Assembly: GCA_964016885.1 (NCBI GenBank)
Contig: OZ024755.1
Span: 20,026,001-20,090,000, forward strand
Source: Eledone cirrhosa
Lineage: Eukaryota
Direction: 5' to 3'
DNA length: 64,000 bases
Shown here: in pieces, positions 1-11,846 of the stretch
Position numbering within the stretch: the stretch's first letter is position 1
How the letters are laid out: each line of letters opens with the position of its first letter
The notes under the pieces: generated by a model
Seen by the model: only the letters and a program-made list of their open reading frames with translations
The model's database searches: none
What the model was told of the DNA's origin: nothing
Program-made: the position numbers and the translations under genes

Positions 1-36
1 ACACCTTATCCCGTGCAACGCCGGGTACCACTGCTA

Positions 37-37
<1 letters not shown>
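1..37 (+). mobile_element. Helitron 3' terminus
   Basis: GC-rich hairpin cccgtgcaacgccggg (10-25), then ~8 nt later CTAG|T (34-38), the typical Helitron 3' end. The element continues off the window edge. Confidence 0.6.
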
Positions 38-99
<62 letters not shown>

Positions 100-102
<3 letters not shown>

Positions 103-250
103 AATGATCGACTTTCATCAAATCGGAGCGAGGAAACAATGTTTCCATTGGTCTTTCCAATTGAAAATACTATCTATCGGTCGCAACTCCAGTTAGAAGG
201 AGCAACGTGAAATAAAGTGTCTTGCTCAGGGACATAACGCATAACACCGA
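100..250 (-). mobile_element. tRNA-derived SINE family 2, partial
   Basis: Reverse complement matches the copy at 17424-17645, including cctgagcaagacactttatttcacgttgctcc. Confidence 0.75.
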
Positions 251-667
251 TACATGCCATGCACCACGAACAGCTAGGATTACTCTCATACACCGCTAAT
301 GGATTGCTATGAACTAATTTATTTCCTCTGTGCCGTGTAAAGTACACATTTGTATTCTAGAGGGCAATATCCTAATCATATTCTACATAAATCAAATACA
401 AAGGTAGGGGCGCTGATAATGATGTCAAAAGGAATATGATTTATAGACAAGATAGAACTAAAATATACTAATAGAATAACCACATGAACATGAAAAATGT
501 ATAAAATAGCATTAGTTTCACTTAATTAAAGTAAGAAAAATCTAATTAAGAATAAATGATATATTGCTTTCGTATTGTGCTTTATGCAGCCAATATAATT
601 TAAAAAAAAAATCAATTTTGAATTGGTTTTCTCGCTTTTATTTACGCTCATATATTTACAGAATACG

Positions 668-965
668 AAGGCTTAGTGGTTAGAGCAGTAGGCTTGCAAT
701 CAAAAGGTTGTGAGTTCAATTCTCGGACCAGACCGGGTGATGTGCTGTTTCCTTGAGCAAGACACTTTATTTCACGTTGCTCCAGTTTACTCAGCTGAAA
801 AACAAAATGAGTACCAGCAATAGCTGGAGGTTTAACCCTGCGTTGGACTGGCGTCCTGTCCAGGGGAGGGGGGGGGGGTCTTGTACTCTCAGTCACTTCA
901 CGCCATGAAACCGGAATAAGCACCGGCCAAATGAGCCTTCTGGCTGAAGACAGACTTTAGGCTTA
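668..965 (+). mobile_element. tRNA-derived SINE family 2
   Basis: A box ggcttagtggttagag, B box gagttcaattc, then ccttgagcaagacactttatttcacgttgctccag shared with other copies. Confidence 0.8.
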
Positions 966-1264
966 CGGCCTGCCCGCCCAGCTAGTGGGATGGCGTCATC
1001 GCATGGCTAAAACAGACGCCCGACAGACTGGTCAGTCAAGGGGATCAAGGTGATTTACAGAATGTCGATAAAAAAAATCATAGTTGATGCAATAGTTAAG
1101 TTTAAATCACGATTTTATTTAACTATTTTAGAAAACTTCCTCGTGTGATGTTATAATTCGCTTCTCATTTCTTTCCTTTCCTCTTGACACTTCAAGGTTA
1201 TGAGGAGAGGTGCTGGAATGTTATCATTACTGGATTATGTGAAAATTAACAAATTTACTTTACA

Positions 1265-1454
1265 GAGACACCAACAGGTGGGCGGCCTAGGGCTAGACCC
1301 CGAGCAAGATGGTTGGATAACATCCATGAGTTTGGCTGGTCATGCTTGGGAAATCCAGCCGGATCAGTTGGAGACCGTTGCTTCTGACAGGACCCACTGG
1401 AGGGAGTATTTGAGGCCTCTTCCCCCACGACCTCCTCAGGAATAAGTAAGCGAA
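1265..1454 (+). mobile_element. RTE-like LINE 3' end (GAA-tailed family)
   Basis: Encodes GRPRARPRARWLDNIHE..., then after a frameshift DQLETVASDRTHWREYLRPLPPRPPQE*. Homologous ends at 39545-39800, 42400-42612 and 59608-60095. Confidence 0.75.
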
Positions 1455-2066
1455 GAGTATTTGAGGCCTCTTCCTCCACGACCCCCTCAGGAATAAGTAA
1501 GCGAAGAGTATTTGAGGCCTCTTCCCCCACGACCCCCTCAGGAATAAGTAAGCGAAGAGTATTTGAGGCCTCTTCCTCCACGACCCCCTCAGGAATAAGT
1601 AAGCGAAGAGTATTTGAGGCCTCTTCCTCCACGACCCCCTCAGGAATAAGTAAGCGAAGAGTATTTGAGGCCTCTTCCTCCACGACCCCCTCAGGAATAA
1701 GTAAGCGAAGAGTATTTGAGGCCTCTTCCTCCACGACCCCCTCAGGAATAAGTAAGCGAAGAGTATTTGAGGCCTCTTCCTCCACGACCCCCTCAGGAAT
1801 AAGTAAGCGAAGAGTATTTGAGGCCTCTTCCTCCACGACCCCCTCAGGAATAAGTAAGCGAAGAGTATTTGAGGCCTCTTCCTCCACGACCCCCTCAGGA
1901 ATAAGTAAGCGAAGAGTATTTGAGGCCTCTTCCTCCACGACCCCCTCAGGAATAAGTAAGCGAAGAGTATTTGAGGCCTCTTCCCCCACGACCTCCTCAG
2001 GAATAAGTAAGCGAAGAGTATTTGAGGCCTCTTCCCCCACGACCTCCTCAGGAATAAGTAAGCGAA
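1404..2066 (+). repeat. 51-bp tandem array, 13 copies of the LINE terminus
   Basis: Unit gagtatttgaggcctcttcctccacgaccccctcaggaataagtaagcgaa; 663 bp / 51 = 13 copies, only two variable positions. Confidence 0.95.
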
Positions 2067-2250
2067 GAAAAAGGATATACACTATTTAGTAAAAGACAAA
2101 CTGGTCTTATATTACATATCTAACAAGGCTACAATATTTAGTATTTATTTCAATATACTTGTATAGAAGAACGATTTACTTCGAAAGCGGACATATATAT
2201 ATATATATGTGTATATATGTCTTTCATCGATAAGCAACAGAACGTAACAT

Positions 2251-2441
2251 GCGGTGAATTGGCAGTATCGGTAGAGGGTTGGACGTCATGCTTTCTAACA
2301 TAGTTACGTCCCTTTACAGTCTGAGTTCAAATCCCGCCGAGGTTAACTTTGCCTTTCATCCTTACGGGGTCGATAAAATAAAGTACCAGTAATGTACTGT
2401 GTAATTGCTGGCCTTGTGCCTGAAGTAGAAACAATTATTAA
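2251..2441 (+). mobile_element. tRNA-derived SINE family 1 (~190 bp, ATT tail)
   Basis: ggcagtatcggtagag A box, gagttcaaatccc B box, central gcctttcatccttacggggtcgataaaataaagtaccag (resembles the Meta/MESC SINE domain), tail agaaacaattatta. Confidence 0.9.
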
Positions 2442-2446
2442 TGCGT

Positions 2447-2508
<62 letters not shown>

Positions 2509-2605
2509 GGAGTCGGTGGTTCTGAGAACGGGGAGACCATTAATCAAGTACTCAATGCATGGGGAGATGCAGAGTCGGTATAGAGAGATATGTAAAATCC
2601 CGACA

Positions 2606-2692
<87 letters not shown>

Positions 2693-2694
<2 letters not shown>

Positions 2695-3128
2695 ACATAC
2701 GTTAACCTTGGTCTTCCTCTTCTAGTGTGTCCATGTAGGGGTTCCCACAGGAGCACTGAGTGCAATTTCAACTCTGGATATCGGTGAGCATGTCCAGCTA
2801 ACCTCAGTCTCCCCTGTGCTACATTCGAGCTGACTTTTGGGAGGCTCCCATAGAGCTCTGAGTTTTTCATCCTCAGTGTATACTGATTAATGTTCAGAAC
2901 CATCCTCAGCATTCTCGTGTAGCCCCCATCCACCATTTGAGTGAGTTTGTTGGTCAGTGTCCAAGTCTCATACCCATACAGCAGCACAGACTCCACTACA
3001 GCAATGAAGAGGCGGATTTTCAGGTCTTTACACTGGTCTGTTGGAGACGCAGGACATGGCAGCGATAATGAGATACAGAGACCGCTGGAGAGAACTCGTC
3101 CATGGATATCGGAAATTTTACCCGCCTT

Positions 3129-3130
<2 letters not shown>
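2693..3130. mobile_element. RTE LINE fragment with 5' inversion, inserted in (TA)n
   Basis: 2693-3029 (-) encodes KIRLFIAVVESVLLYGYETWTL...RLRLAGHAHR...GRPRLTYVD. 3030-3130 (+) carries the rest to the TAG, colinear with the 5913-6251 copy. Confidence 0.9.
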
Positions 3131-3179
<49 letters not shown>

Positions 3180-3186
<7 letters not shown>

Positions 3187-3312
3187 ATACTTGGGGAGGG
3201 TCATATTTGCGTAATATTGCCAGAATTAATAACAGAACACACTCACTGTTTGGTTGGTTTTCGCTTCTCGCTGTCTTTTATATCTGCGATCTAACTTACT
3301 CGGTCCTCAATG
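3180..3312. mobile_element. Penelope-like terminal fragment in (TA)n (family B relative)
   Basis: Begins atattgttatacttggggagggtcat, like the arms at 6338 and 63622; flanked by TA runs. Confidence 0.5.
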
Positions 3313-3773
3313 TTATATATATATATATAGTAGTGGGATGGAGTAATATTCTGGGACCCTGACAACTCCAAGTGAAACACAAACCATACCAAAACGAAGT
3401 AATAACTCTATACACTTAATCAGTCAAGTCTTTTAAATGTAAAAGCACAAATTTAGAAACAAATCCACAGACATTTTCAAAATATTCACTACGCAATAAT
3501 TCATAGTCATTGATTTAGTAATAGAGACAAAGCACGATATTTGGCCACAATAAAACCATAGCTGTACACCATTGTATTCATTTGAAATACTTCAAAGAAA
3601 AGCCAGACACAGAATTGGACAGTAATAGAAGTAATTAGAGAATTTAGCATGATCTGTATTACTGATGGAAGATATATTTTCAACATATGTAAAAAGACTC
3701 CAGAACGATATATGTTAATGTCAGACAGCAAAGTTAAGAGAAATTAATGTACACACATGGCAGTGAATTAATT

Positions 3774-3814
<41 letters not shown>

Positions 3815-3816
<2 letters not shown>

Positions 3817-4025
3817 CGAAGGAAATGTGGTAAGGAACCAGATGGACCATAACGCACCAAAGTACTCAATACTTAGGGTAGTAGAGTGGGTAATAGGAAC
3901 GAGTAGGACCCTGACGGCTGAGCTCAAGCCGTTTCGACGGCTAATTCTGGACTAAAATGTGGACTTTTTAGTCCAGAATTAGCTGTCGAATCGGCTTGAG
4001 CTCAGCCGTCGGGGTCCTACTCGTT

Positions 4026-4030
<5 letters not shown>
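3815..4030. mobile_element. Foldback insertion, family A (probable Penelope-like pLTR pair)
   Basis: 65-bp inverted arms 3893-3957 / 3966-4030 plus a 78-bp unpaired tail; flanked by (TA)n. Same family at 17762, 27532, 54865 and 63945. Confidence 0.75.
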
Positions 4031-4076
<46 letters not shown>

Positions 4077-4414
4077 CTTTCCATTGATCTCTCCACCCCC
4101 GTTCTTTATATATATATATATATATATTTAGGTATATATATATATATATATATACATACATTTAGTCCATCATATCGTCCCCGGTTGTTAGTTTAGTTTG
4201 TCACATATTTAACCTACATGAATACACACAAGCTTCCAGAGTTTCACCCGACCAAGTTCCATTCAAACAGAAGAAAGATAGCCTAGGATATCACACCTGG
4301 AATGCGATCTCGGACTTCTTGAATATACTGCTTTGATAACGCCTACATATATCGTGTTCGGCCTATATGTTTTAAATGTCACTTTCTCTCTTGTAAGCTC
4401 TCTCCCTTTGTCTC

Positions 4415-4474
<60 letters not shown>

Positions 4475-4626
4475 GAAAAATCAGTGATGCATCTGAACTC
4501 AATTTATTGTGTGTTACAATTGTTTCGCCGGCGGACAGCTCGAGACGCGTTCATTGTGTGGATCTGTCTGATTCTGGACCCGCATGTTCGGCGGACACGT
4601 CTAATGATTTCGGAGCATATTCTCAA

Positions 4627-4640
4627 ATATATATATATAC

Positions 4641-4679
<39 letters not shown>

Positions 4680-4788
4680 TACATATATAAATAAATATAC
4701 ATATATAAATAAATATATATATAAATAAATATATATATATATAAATAAATATATATATATAAATAAATATATATATATATAAATAAAT

Positions 4789-4821
<33 letters not shown>

Positions 4822-5042
4822 AATAAATATATATATAAATAAATATATATATATATAAATAAATATATATATATATAAATAAATATATATATATAAATAA
4901 ATATATATATATATAAATAAATATATATATATATACATACATAAACATATATACATACATAAATATATATATATACATAAATATATATATATACATAAAT
5001 ATATATGTATATATATTTATAAATATATATATGTATATACAT
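4627..5042. repeat. Compound (TA)n/(TAAA)n microsatellite
   Basis: Direct inspection. Confidence 0.95.
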
Positions 5043-5857
5043 GTAGTCAAACGCTATTTTTACAGTGTTGTTTTATTTTACGTTAGATTTTGACGTTTAT
5101 AGGTATTTTTATGGAACACGTCCAATATTCGCGGTTTTTCACTCTTCACAAGTGCCCTACGAACGTAAACCACGCGAAATGCATACTCAACTCTCCTATG
5201 CTGATAAAGTCTTTTTTTTTCTCCAAACTTTTAGCCTCTTCTTTCTCTCTACTTTACTTACTAGGAGTGATGTCCGATATGCTGAAAGATGTCTCTTTCT
5301 TTTCCAGCAAGCGTGAAACAAATATGACTTCGTGTAATTGTATCTCTGTGTTAATTTTTATTTGATGTTGTTGAATTATAAATAAATATAAATATATATA
5401 TATGATATATATGTCAGCTGGAACACGGAACACATAATAGAAAAAGAATAGAAAATATAAGTATGTGTGTATACCCATATACAACATTATATAGACAAAC
5501 ATTATCTCTTTAGACACATGTATACTTATTTATATACGTCTATAGTGGTATATAAACATACACGTATATTATACACATTTTTTAATATGCTGATAATACT
5601 ATAATCATCGTTTTATTTACATAGGCTGGTGACTGATACGTTGCCAACAGCCAAATCATTAGGATCTCATCCCAGGCGAATGATTGATCGTTTGTATGTA
5701 TTGAGCGAATATTTCATACATACGCTTGTTTTAGAAAAGTTGAATCTAAGTAACATTCCGTCTTGTATAACTACGCTTTTAATTTATAGTTCTGACTAAT
5801 CCTCTAGGTATATTTCCACTCCTTCATTCTCTCCTTCCGCGGTATGGTTAGTCTTGT

Positions 5858-5912
<55 letters not shown>

Positions 5913-5916
<4 letters not shown>

Positions 5917-6249
5917 TGCTGAGGATGGCTCTGAACATTAATCAGTATACACTGAGGATGAAAAACTCAGAGCTGTATGGGAGCATCCCAAAAGTCAGCT
6001 CAAAAGTGACACAGAGGAGACTGAGGTTGGCTGGACATGCTCACCGACATCCAGAGTTGACATTGCACTCAGTGCTCCTTTGGGAGCCCCTACATGGACA
6101 CACTAGAAGAGGAAGACCAAGGTTAACATATGTTGATGCCCTAAGGACAGACACTGGTCTGTTGGAGATGCAGGATATGGCAGCGATAATGAGGGACAGA
6201 GACCGCTGGAGAGAACTCGTCCATGGATCTCGGGAATTTTACCCGCCTT

Positions 6250-6251
<2 letters not shown>
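5913..6251 (+). mobile_element. 5'-truncated RTE LINE in (TA)n
   Basis: Open frame RMLRMALNI...RRLRLAGHAHR...GRPRLTYVD...DRDRWRELV...*. The stop is followed directly by (TA)n, and (TA)n also lies upstream. Confidence 0.9.
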
Positions 6252-6280
<29 letters not shown>

Positions 6281-6283
<3 letters not shown>

Positions 6284-6537
6284 CGTTTCTGAATTTGTTT
6301 AGCAAGATTCTTTATCTGAAATCGTGTGTTGAAACCGATATTGTTATATTTTGGGAGGGTCATGTTGCCAATAAGAAACACACGCACCAGTTGCTTTCAC
6401 TTCAATTTATTATTATAATAAATTTATAATAAATTTATAAATTTATCATAAATTTATTATAATAATAAATTGAAGTGAAAGCAACTGGTGCGTGTGTTTC
6501 TTATTGGCAACATGACCCTCCCAAAGTATAACAATAT
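6281..6537. mobile_element. Foldback insertion, family B
   Basis: About 95-bp inverted arms between 6338 and 6537 plus a ~57-bp tail; near-identical element at 63565-63788; TA flanks. Confidence 0.75.
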
Positions 6538-6551
6538 ATATATATATATAC

Positions 6552-6690
6552 ATTTATTAAAATAACAGATTAAAGTTTAAGCAAAGAATCGCTGCTTTCA
6601 CCCTTAAGATCCCATTAAGGGTGAAAGCAGCGATTCTTTGCTTAAACTTTAATCTGTTATTTTAATAAATCTTTGCTCTACGGTTCTTAT
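6552..6690. mobile_element. Foldback insertion, family C
   Basis: Perfect ~55-bp inverted arms around gatccca, short tail, TA flanks. The centre reads ...aagatcccattaagggtGAAA, resembling hammerhead stem II. Confidence 0.65.
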
Positions 6691-6979
6691 ATATTTGATA
6701 TATATTTATCCTTTGGATTTTAGTCTTCAAATTTATTATTATTACTATATATGTATACATATATTTATATATCGTGTTTATGTCCAGTTGTACCCCCTCT
6801 TCTCATTATTCAGTCTCCACTCATTTTACGTCCATCAACCCACATCGTATTACATTCCCAACATCATACTCTCATACAACTCACACCATCACATCTTATA
6901 CTTTTCTTCTATCATTCCTCACATCTATGGTTTATTATTATTTATCCAGTTTTCAGAAAGCGGTGGAGTCGGACAGCAT

Positions 6980-8045
6980 TACGACCCTTTAAGGTCTGAG
7001 TTCAAATCCCGCCGAGGTTAACTTTGCCTTTCATCCTTACGGGGGGTCGATAAAATAAAGCACCAGTAATGCACTGGTCTCGAAATAATTAACCCCCCAC
7101 CCCCCAAAAAAAAATTACTGGCCTTGTGCCTATACTAGAAATCACTATTATTTATCCATTTTTCAGAAGGCGAGTGATTCGCAGTAATCGGTAGAGCATT
7201 GGAGTACATGTGTTGCAGCATATAGATACGGTCCTTTACATACTGAATTCAAATCCCGCCGAGCTTAGCTTTGCTTTTCATCCTTTCAAGGTTGATAAAA
7301 TAAAGTACCAGTAATGCATTGGGGATAATTTAATAGACTTTCCCCTCTCCCTAAATTACTGGCCTTGTCATCCTAATGTATCCACTTTGCAGAAGGGGAG
7401 GAATTGTTAATCTTTGAAGCATCGGACTAATGTGTAGAATTATTTGTTCTGGCTCAAATCCTGCCGAGAGCAACTTTGTCTTCCAACTTTCCCATGTGGA
7501 TCAAATATGGTACCAGTCAAGGAGTGGGTTCCATATGATGAACATGACTGACGTTTCTGTCCCCTAAATTGCTGGCCTTGTACCAAAATTAGAAATAAAT
7601 ATCTTTCCACTTTCTCCCTTACGCAAATTTGCACGCATCTGTAAGCACTTTTATTTTATTTTATTTTCTCTTCGAGGAAAGACAACCGTTAGAAACATTA
7701 ATAGTCTCTTTTTCGTCACAAAGGATGACTTGCTGAACGGTTTGAAATATGTTTGTTTGATGTACCATCAGTTAAAACATGTATATCCGTTACTTACCGA
7801 GATTGTGTCCACACTAGACATTTATAATGTATTCATTCAATCTTTGGCAGCATCGGTAGAGCGTCGAACAACATTCCGGCATATAGCTACGTCCCTTTAC
7901 GTTAAGATTTCAAATCTCACCGAGGTTAGCTTTGCTTTTCATCCTATAGGATCGATAAAATAAAGTACCCGTAACATACTGAGCAAGTGTCGATTTAACC
8001 GACTTTCCCCGTCCCCCAAAATTGTTGGCCTTGTACCTTAATCAA
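6980..8045 (+). mobile_element. Cluster of four family-1-related SINE copies of different ages
   Basis: Repeated ttcaaatc...ctttcatcc...gataaaataaagtacc...ggccttgt motifs near 7000, 7250, 7455 and 7910. Confidence 0.75.
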
Positions 8046-8344
8046 TTGGAAGAACAATGGCTAATATTCGTATGTCTATAACGACAACATCGTATCCCAG
8101 GAGAAACTCACCCGAATGACCACCATCAGTGTTAAACATAATATAATCGGCGCTGTAGGGAAAGCATAAGAGAAGTGTTCATTCTTATGGGATAGGTATC
8201 GATTAAAAATTATATACTGAAACATTGTAAGACCGGAACTGAAAGACAATGGACGTAAACCAGACATGAAATGGGCGGCCATAATAAAATATTGAGAATC
8301 AAATGTAGTTTGACTACTTCTTATCTTGTGGTGGTTCTTATGTT

Positions 8345-8617
8345 ATCTCTCTCGAGCCTCTGCCCTTCTAAAATCCCGGAGAGCTCAATTTGATGGCCAC
8401 TGTCACCGTGCCAGCAATGAAATCATATCCGCTCTCTTGCTCTGGAACTCTGACTCCAGCCTGACTAGGAGTAGGAAGCTGTCATTCCCTGACGTTATCT
8501 CTAGGGATACGGGAATCAGTAGACAGGACCTGGCGGCAGCGATGGGGGACAGGGAATTCTGGGGCATGAGAGTGAGATCCATCATCTCGACAGTAGTCGA
8601 CGAATGATGATGATGAT
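8345..8617 (+). mobile_element. RTE LINE 3' end with (TGA)n tail
   Basis: RRAQFDGHCHR...LLLW...DTGI...AMGDREFW...* followed by tgatgatgatg. Confidence 0.8.
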
Positions 8618-9619
8618 GTTATCTTTGTGGCATGTACTCCAGTGTGTTTATAAGAAATTAGTGATCATAAATCTAACATTTGGTTCAATATTTCAGATTG
8701 ATAACCCAGGCTTTACATCTCGAGTTGACAACGTTAACAAAATATTAAAAAAAGGAATATTATATCTATATCTTGCTCTTCGTTCAATGAATGACCAGGT
8801 TTGGTCTGAATACCCTCAATACATATCGGCTATAAAGTCGCTATAGATCTTGCATCATTTACAATACGATAACACAAAGTCACTGTTAGTCGTCTCGGCC
8901 AATCGCCATCAATAACAAAAACCCGTTAATGCATTTGTAGTAAAATCTATCTTTGAATCTTACTATACATTATTTACAGCAAAAGTTATCGACATATGGA
9001 AATGTGACAATTTTAGTAGAAATGAATGGAATGACTAGACAGATATTCATTTATAACTATCGAAATTGATATAAAATATATATGTAAAAATTTGAACATC
9101 AAAACCATTCTTTTATCTGGGAAAGAATATGCAATTTAAGCATCATAATTAATAATCGATTTATATTACAAAGTAAAGCTTCATTGCGTGCGGAATCCAA
9201 ATTAATTTCATTATCTAAAATTAATTTCGAATGATGTTTAAAATAAATTGTATCTAACTTTATAAGCTTTATAGCTATAAAAACAGCTAAATATATATAT
9301 TTTTTAAATTTTAGTTTTTCTTTTATTCTTTAGCCCCAGAACATTTCTGAACAGATCTATAATCGAGATATTCCAACTGGCATCCTACTGTCTGGGTTTT
9401 ATTTATCAGACAAGGTGCATTTAGGACTATATTAATACGGTAGGAATATACGGGTGTTAATTCTAGCACATAGGAGCAACCAAATAGAAGCTTTGAATGT
9501 TTAGTTATAATTAAAATACTAGGAAAATAACTGTGACGGTAGAATAAAATATATAATACTTTAGAATGCTAAGGATGAACATTCATTGTTCAGAATCTGG
9601 GTTGAAGTCATGCATGTGC

Positions 9620-9792
9620 AGACCTGTCAACTCTCCTCGTCCGACGGGAAGATCTCCCACCCACTTTGGGGTGGGTGAGAGATGTCTTCTCTTGTAAAAA
9701 TGGGTATAGCTTTCATTATGTAAAATCTCCCCGTTTTGGGGGACTTTTTTCATGGTACTCCCCGTTTGAGATTGTAGAGGTTGGCAGGACTG
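9620..9792. mobile_element. MITE, unclassified (CAGACCTG-type TIR)
   Basis: Termini cagacctgtcaac / gttggcaggactg, flanked by catgtg on both sides. Copies at 10169-10552, 40213-40406 and ~49990-50182. Confidence 0.7.
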
Positions 9793-10168
9793 CATGTGTA
9801 AAGCAAATATGCCGGTGATGTATTTAGTCAAGTCTATTTAATACATCATTTTCTTACAAATATTTGACTTTCTGTCTGATAAAATAAAATAAAGTTATTG
9901 AATCCACGAGTCTGCTAATAAGCTAGGCAAATTCTCTACGCTTGCACCACTAATTCAATTGAGAAGAGCACGATTCTAAACAATATTCTTACCCTTGACT
10001 AAATCTCTGAAGTCAAGCGACAGGTGTTGCTTATTTATTTTCTCTTCATCTTGATTTCCAATCCTGTCTGTGTCAACTTTAAATTTAACAATTAATCAAA
10101 AACCTCAACAACAGGGACCTTAATCAATAGCAACATACCTTCAGAGAGACCATGTCATATGTCTCATG

Positions 10169-10552
10169 CAGACTTGCCAACCTCTAAAAACCCAAACGGA
10201 GAGTACAATGAAAAAAGTGCCCCAAAACCGGGAGAAAAAAGGCAAAATGGGGATAATTTACATAATTGTTTCTACTTTTGACACCAGGCCAACAATTATC
10301 TCAGTGCATTACTGGTACTTTATTTTATCGACCCCGTAAGGATGAAAGGCAAAGTTAACCTCGGCGTGATTTGAACTCAGATCATAAAGGGAGGTAACTA
10401 TGCTTCAAGCATGGCGTCCGACCCTCTACTGATACTGCCAATCCACTGCCCTTCCACCGGGGATAAATTACATAATGAAAGCTATACCCATTTTCACTCA
10501 CCCCAAAGTGTGTGGGAGTCTTCCCGTCGGACGGGGGAGAGTTGACAGGTCT
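10169..10552. mobile_element. Same MITE, interrupted by a family-1 SINE (-)
   Basis: The SINE at ~10263-10452 is flanked by ggggataatttacataat (10249-10266) and ggggataaattacataat (10459-10476), an 18-bp TSD with one mismatch. Confidence 0.8.
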
Positions 10553-11846
10553 ACGAAGTCAATGATATGTGTCTATATTCTAACCATAAACAATTTGGGG
10601 CCCATAAAAGATTTAAATATTGATGAAAATATATATTATTTTACGAAAATGTTACTGTTCTTGTTGTCTTTCTGTCAGCTGCAGCTGTTTCTCCATATCA
10701 GAACATATTAGTGAATATATTCTTTCTGCCATATTTCTGACATGAAATGTTTGAATCACAAGATTACAAACATTTGTCAATTTCCAGATATACAGCAATT
10801 CACTTTTGCTTATAAATTCTCTCAGGTTAAGTAAGAGAGACAGAGTGATTTTCTAGCCGATAAATATTAAAGTGACAGAGTTCACACGGCTTTGAGAAAT
10901 GCGGCCTACTCCATGTCAATATACATTAGAATTTTTTTCTATTAGTTCATATCATTCTTTCCTTTATTTCCTCTGTCAGTTATTCTCGGTTTCAACTGTT
11001 TCTGCTTTTCTTATACGTTCCCAAATGTTCTGGTTTTATTTGTGACTATCAATGCATCTTCATTTGATCCAACTAGTTCTTTCTGGCTATCTTCAATTTT
11101 ATCTAAGTTTCTTTCTATATCACTGAGACAGTTCAATTCAGCTGTCTTTATCTCCCCACTCTATATCCGTAATAACTTTACACAAATCCTAAATGTTAAC
11201 TTGCAATACTATAGCAAATATTAGGTTATATTCACAAGTAATAACATCATTCACAATAAATGCTATTGTTCTATGCATTGATCGTCTAGTATTTATCTCT
11301 TCTGTATCATTACAACAGAAAATACATTTTCAAATCTCAAAGTAATTGGTACCTACGAATATTTCCCACGTTGTTCTTTGTTATTTTTCGTTATTGGACA
11401 ATGAGGAAAATTGAGATTTTCGATTGTTGAGAATATTTTACGGTATTATTTCACCTGAATGTCGTTTCTTTATTTCTTTGTTACAGTATCTATGGAGAAA
11501 GACGGAATAGGGGACGAGTGGTACAAACCTGCCTACTTGTGAAGACTACTTAAATATCGAAAGTGTTTAGCTGAATTAGGCACTAATTATATGAACGGAG
11601 AGAAATAAATGTACCAACATTTATAATAAAGAAAAATAATTATCAGTTAGTACATTTCTAAGAACCAGTATTCTTAAAATGTAAAGAAAAATATTCTTAA
11701 TTATTGGATATATATTATATAGTGAATGCAATTCAACAGAGTCTATTATATTGTTATATCTCATGTATGTCTTCGACTGCGGAACATCCCCTTCAAATGT
11801 TTTAGACTGGAGATCAAAATGATTTCCCCGGTGAGGCCCAATCATG

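Noticed and set aside
1255-2082. 275-aa repetitive ORF, or a CRISPR-like array
   Set aside because: Antisense reading of a 51-bp tandem repeat; no unique spacers and no cas genes, in a eukaryotic context.
10930-11180. Possible decayed RTE fragment on the minus strand
   Set aside because: Only a vague motif resemblance; not supportable by eye.
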